Source: Convolutriloba macropyga
Lineage: Eukaryota
Assembly: GCF_964194025.1 (NCBI RefSeq)
Contig: NC_134480.1
Coordinates: forward strand, 33,976,001-34,040,000
Direction: 5' to 3'
Length of the DNA: 64,000 bases
This document shows positions 62,800 through 64,000 of the stretch, in pieces (position 1 is the first letter of the stretch; every line of letters begins with the position of its first letter). The position numbers and the translations under genes are program-made. A model generated the notes under the pieces. The model made no database searches and was not told the origin of the DNA. It was given only the letters and a program-made list of their open reading frames with translations.

Positions 62800-64000
62800 A
62801 GCATTATTATCTTCTGATGTAAAATATCTTTTTAAGAGTTTGAGTGAGCCCCAGAATTTCGAAGTTTAAGGAGACTGTTTGGGAGAAGATTTGGAAAATT
62901 TACTAAAAAATTGGTAAATTTTGCGGCAGATACCCACAGAAAATGCCATACAAGTTCTTCTAAATAACTAAAAATGAGATGTTAAGGTGTAAATGTTCAC
63001 AATAAGACCTGGCCTCCTGGTCAGAATTGTTGGTTATTGATCAAACAAATCTTATATTCGATTAAAAAAAACTTATGGAACACATTCTCAAAATTACCTT
63101 GCATTTTCAACTACAGTCATTAGTAGTGAAATTGGTGACATGAAAAATTAATTATCCGACAAAAATGCGCTAATTCCTTGTACCGCAATCTAACAAGGAT
63201 TTTCTAAAGGTGAAATTTCGTCAAACTTATGATTTCTACTTTTGATTGTTACAGCTATAAGCCTATTGAAATGCGCTATTTATTGTCTAATATAACCGTT
63301 TCAGGACATAAATTATTATGTTTAAAAATTTTGTCGAGTTTTATTGACATTACTACAGTTGGAAAGCTAATTGATGATTTGAAATGTTAACGTCCAGTCA
63401 ATACTGAAAATCTGAAACATTGCCTTAAGCTGTTTAATTGCTTTTGAGTTTCGAGCACAAAGTTCAGGTTTTTCGGCCACTGCTGCCATAAAGAAATTAT
63501 CAGATAGTTTTGGAAAAACTCGAAAACGAGGAACCCAGTAGCAAAATCTGCTGATTTTAACATTTCACCTGTCAACATTGAACTCTTTAAAGCAATTTTA
63601 CTTAGTTGTTGGCTTTCATTCATTCGTTTTTCCTGTTCTTCAACATTTCTCTTTATACAAGTTGGTTGACAAAGTTTGACGNNNNNNNNNNNNNNNNNNN
63701 NNNNNNNNNNNNNNNNNNNNNNNNNNNNNNNNNNNNNNNNNNNNNNNNNNNNNNNNNNNNNNNNNNNNNNNNNNNNNNNNNNNNNNNNNNNNNNNNNNNN
63801 NNNNNNNNNNNNNNNATGACTCGCAATAAATCTGACCATTACGCCACAAATAGCAGTTATCATCTTCTATTATAAAATAGTTTTTTAAGAGTTTGAATGA
63901 GCCCCACAATTTCGAAGTTTAAGAAAAATGTTTGGGAGAATATTTAAAAAAGCTACAAAAAATTGGTAAATTTTGCGGCAGATACCCACAGGAAATTACA
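62800..64000 (+). repeat. Diverged direct repeat (62800-62945 matches 63850-64000; ~1.05-kb spacing) spanning a gap
   Basis: Shared TTTTAAGAGTTTGA..GAGCCCCA.AATTTCGAAGTTTAAG and AAAAATTGGTAAATTTTGCGGCAGATACCCACAG. Confidence 0.85.
63682..63815. other. Assembly gap (134 N)
   Basis: N run. Confidence 1.

Overview
AT-rich, repeat-dense eukaryotic (invertebrate metazoan-type) genomic DNA with two N gaps; it is not prokaryotic and has no CRISPR array. Two spliced host genes lie on the + strand. (1) An HPS1-like gene (BLOC-3 subunit, tri-longin family) spans about 5186-31153 in six phase-consistent exons totalling about 735 codons. Its first two donors are non-canonical GC, and stops and frameshifts cluster only in the N-terminal part. 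(2) The first five coding exons of a GALNT1/13-like polypeptide GalNAc-transferase lie at 43653-60417, and the gene continues beyond the window. The rest is mostly mobile DNA: the 3' part of a decayed BEL/Pao element (1-~3.7 kb), a full-length decayed BEL/Pao element with both LTRs and a GTACT TSD (9816-17489, - strand, HPS1 intron 2), a 5'-truncated CR1/L2-group LINE with an (AAATTC)n tail (HPS1 intron 4), and a near-intact Mag-type Gypsy element with a CATAT TSD (51912-56792, - strand, GALNT intron 3). There are also several MITE-like elements, a tRNA-derived SINE head, a ~1.3 kb AT-centred palindrome, local tandem duplications, and decayed membrane-protein-like fragments nested in introns. 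I found no clearly new multi-gene system. Gene identities rest on motifs recalled from memory and need BLAST/HMM confirmation; all counts are by hand and approximate.
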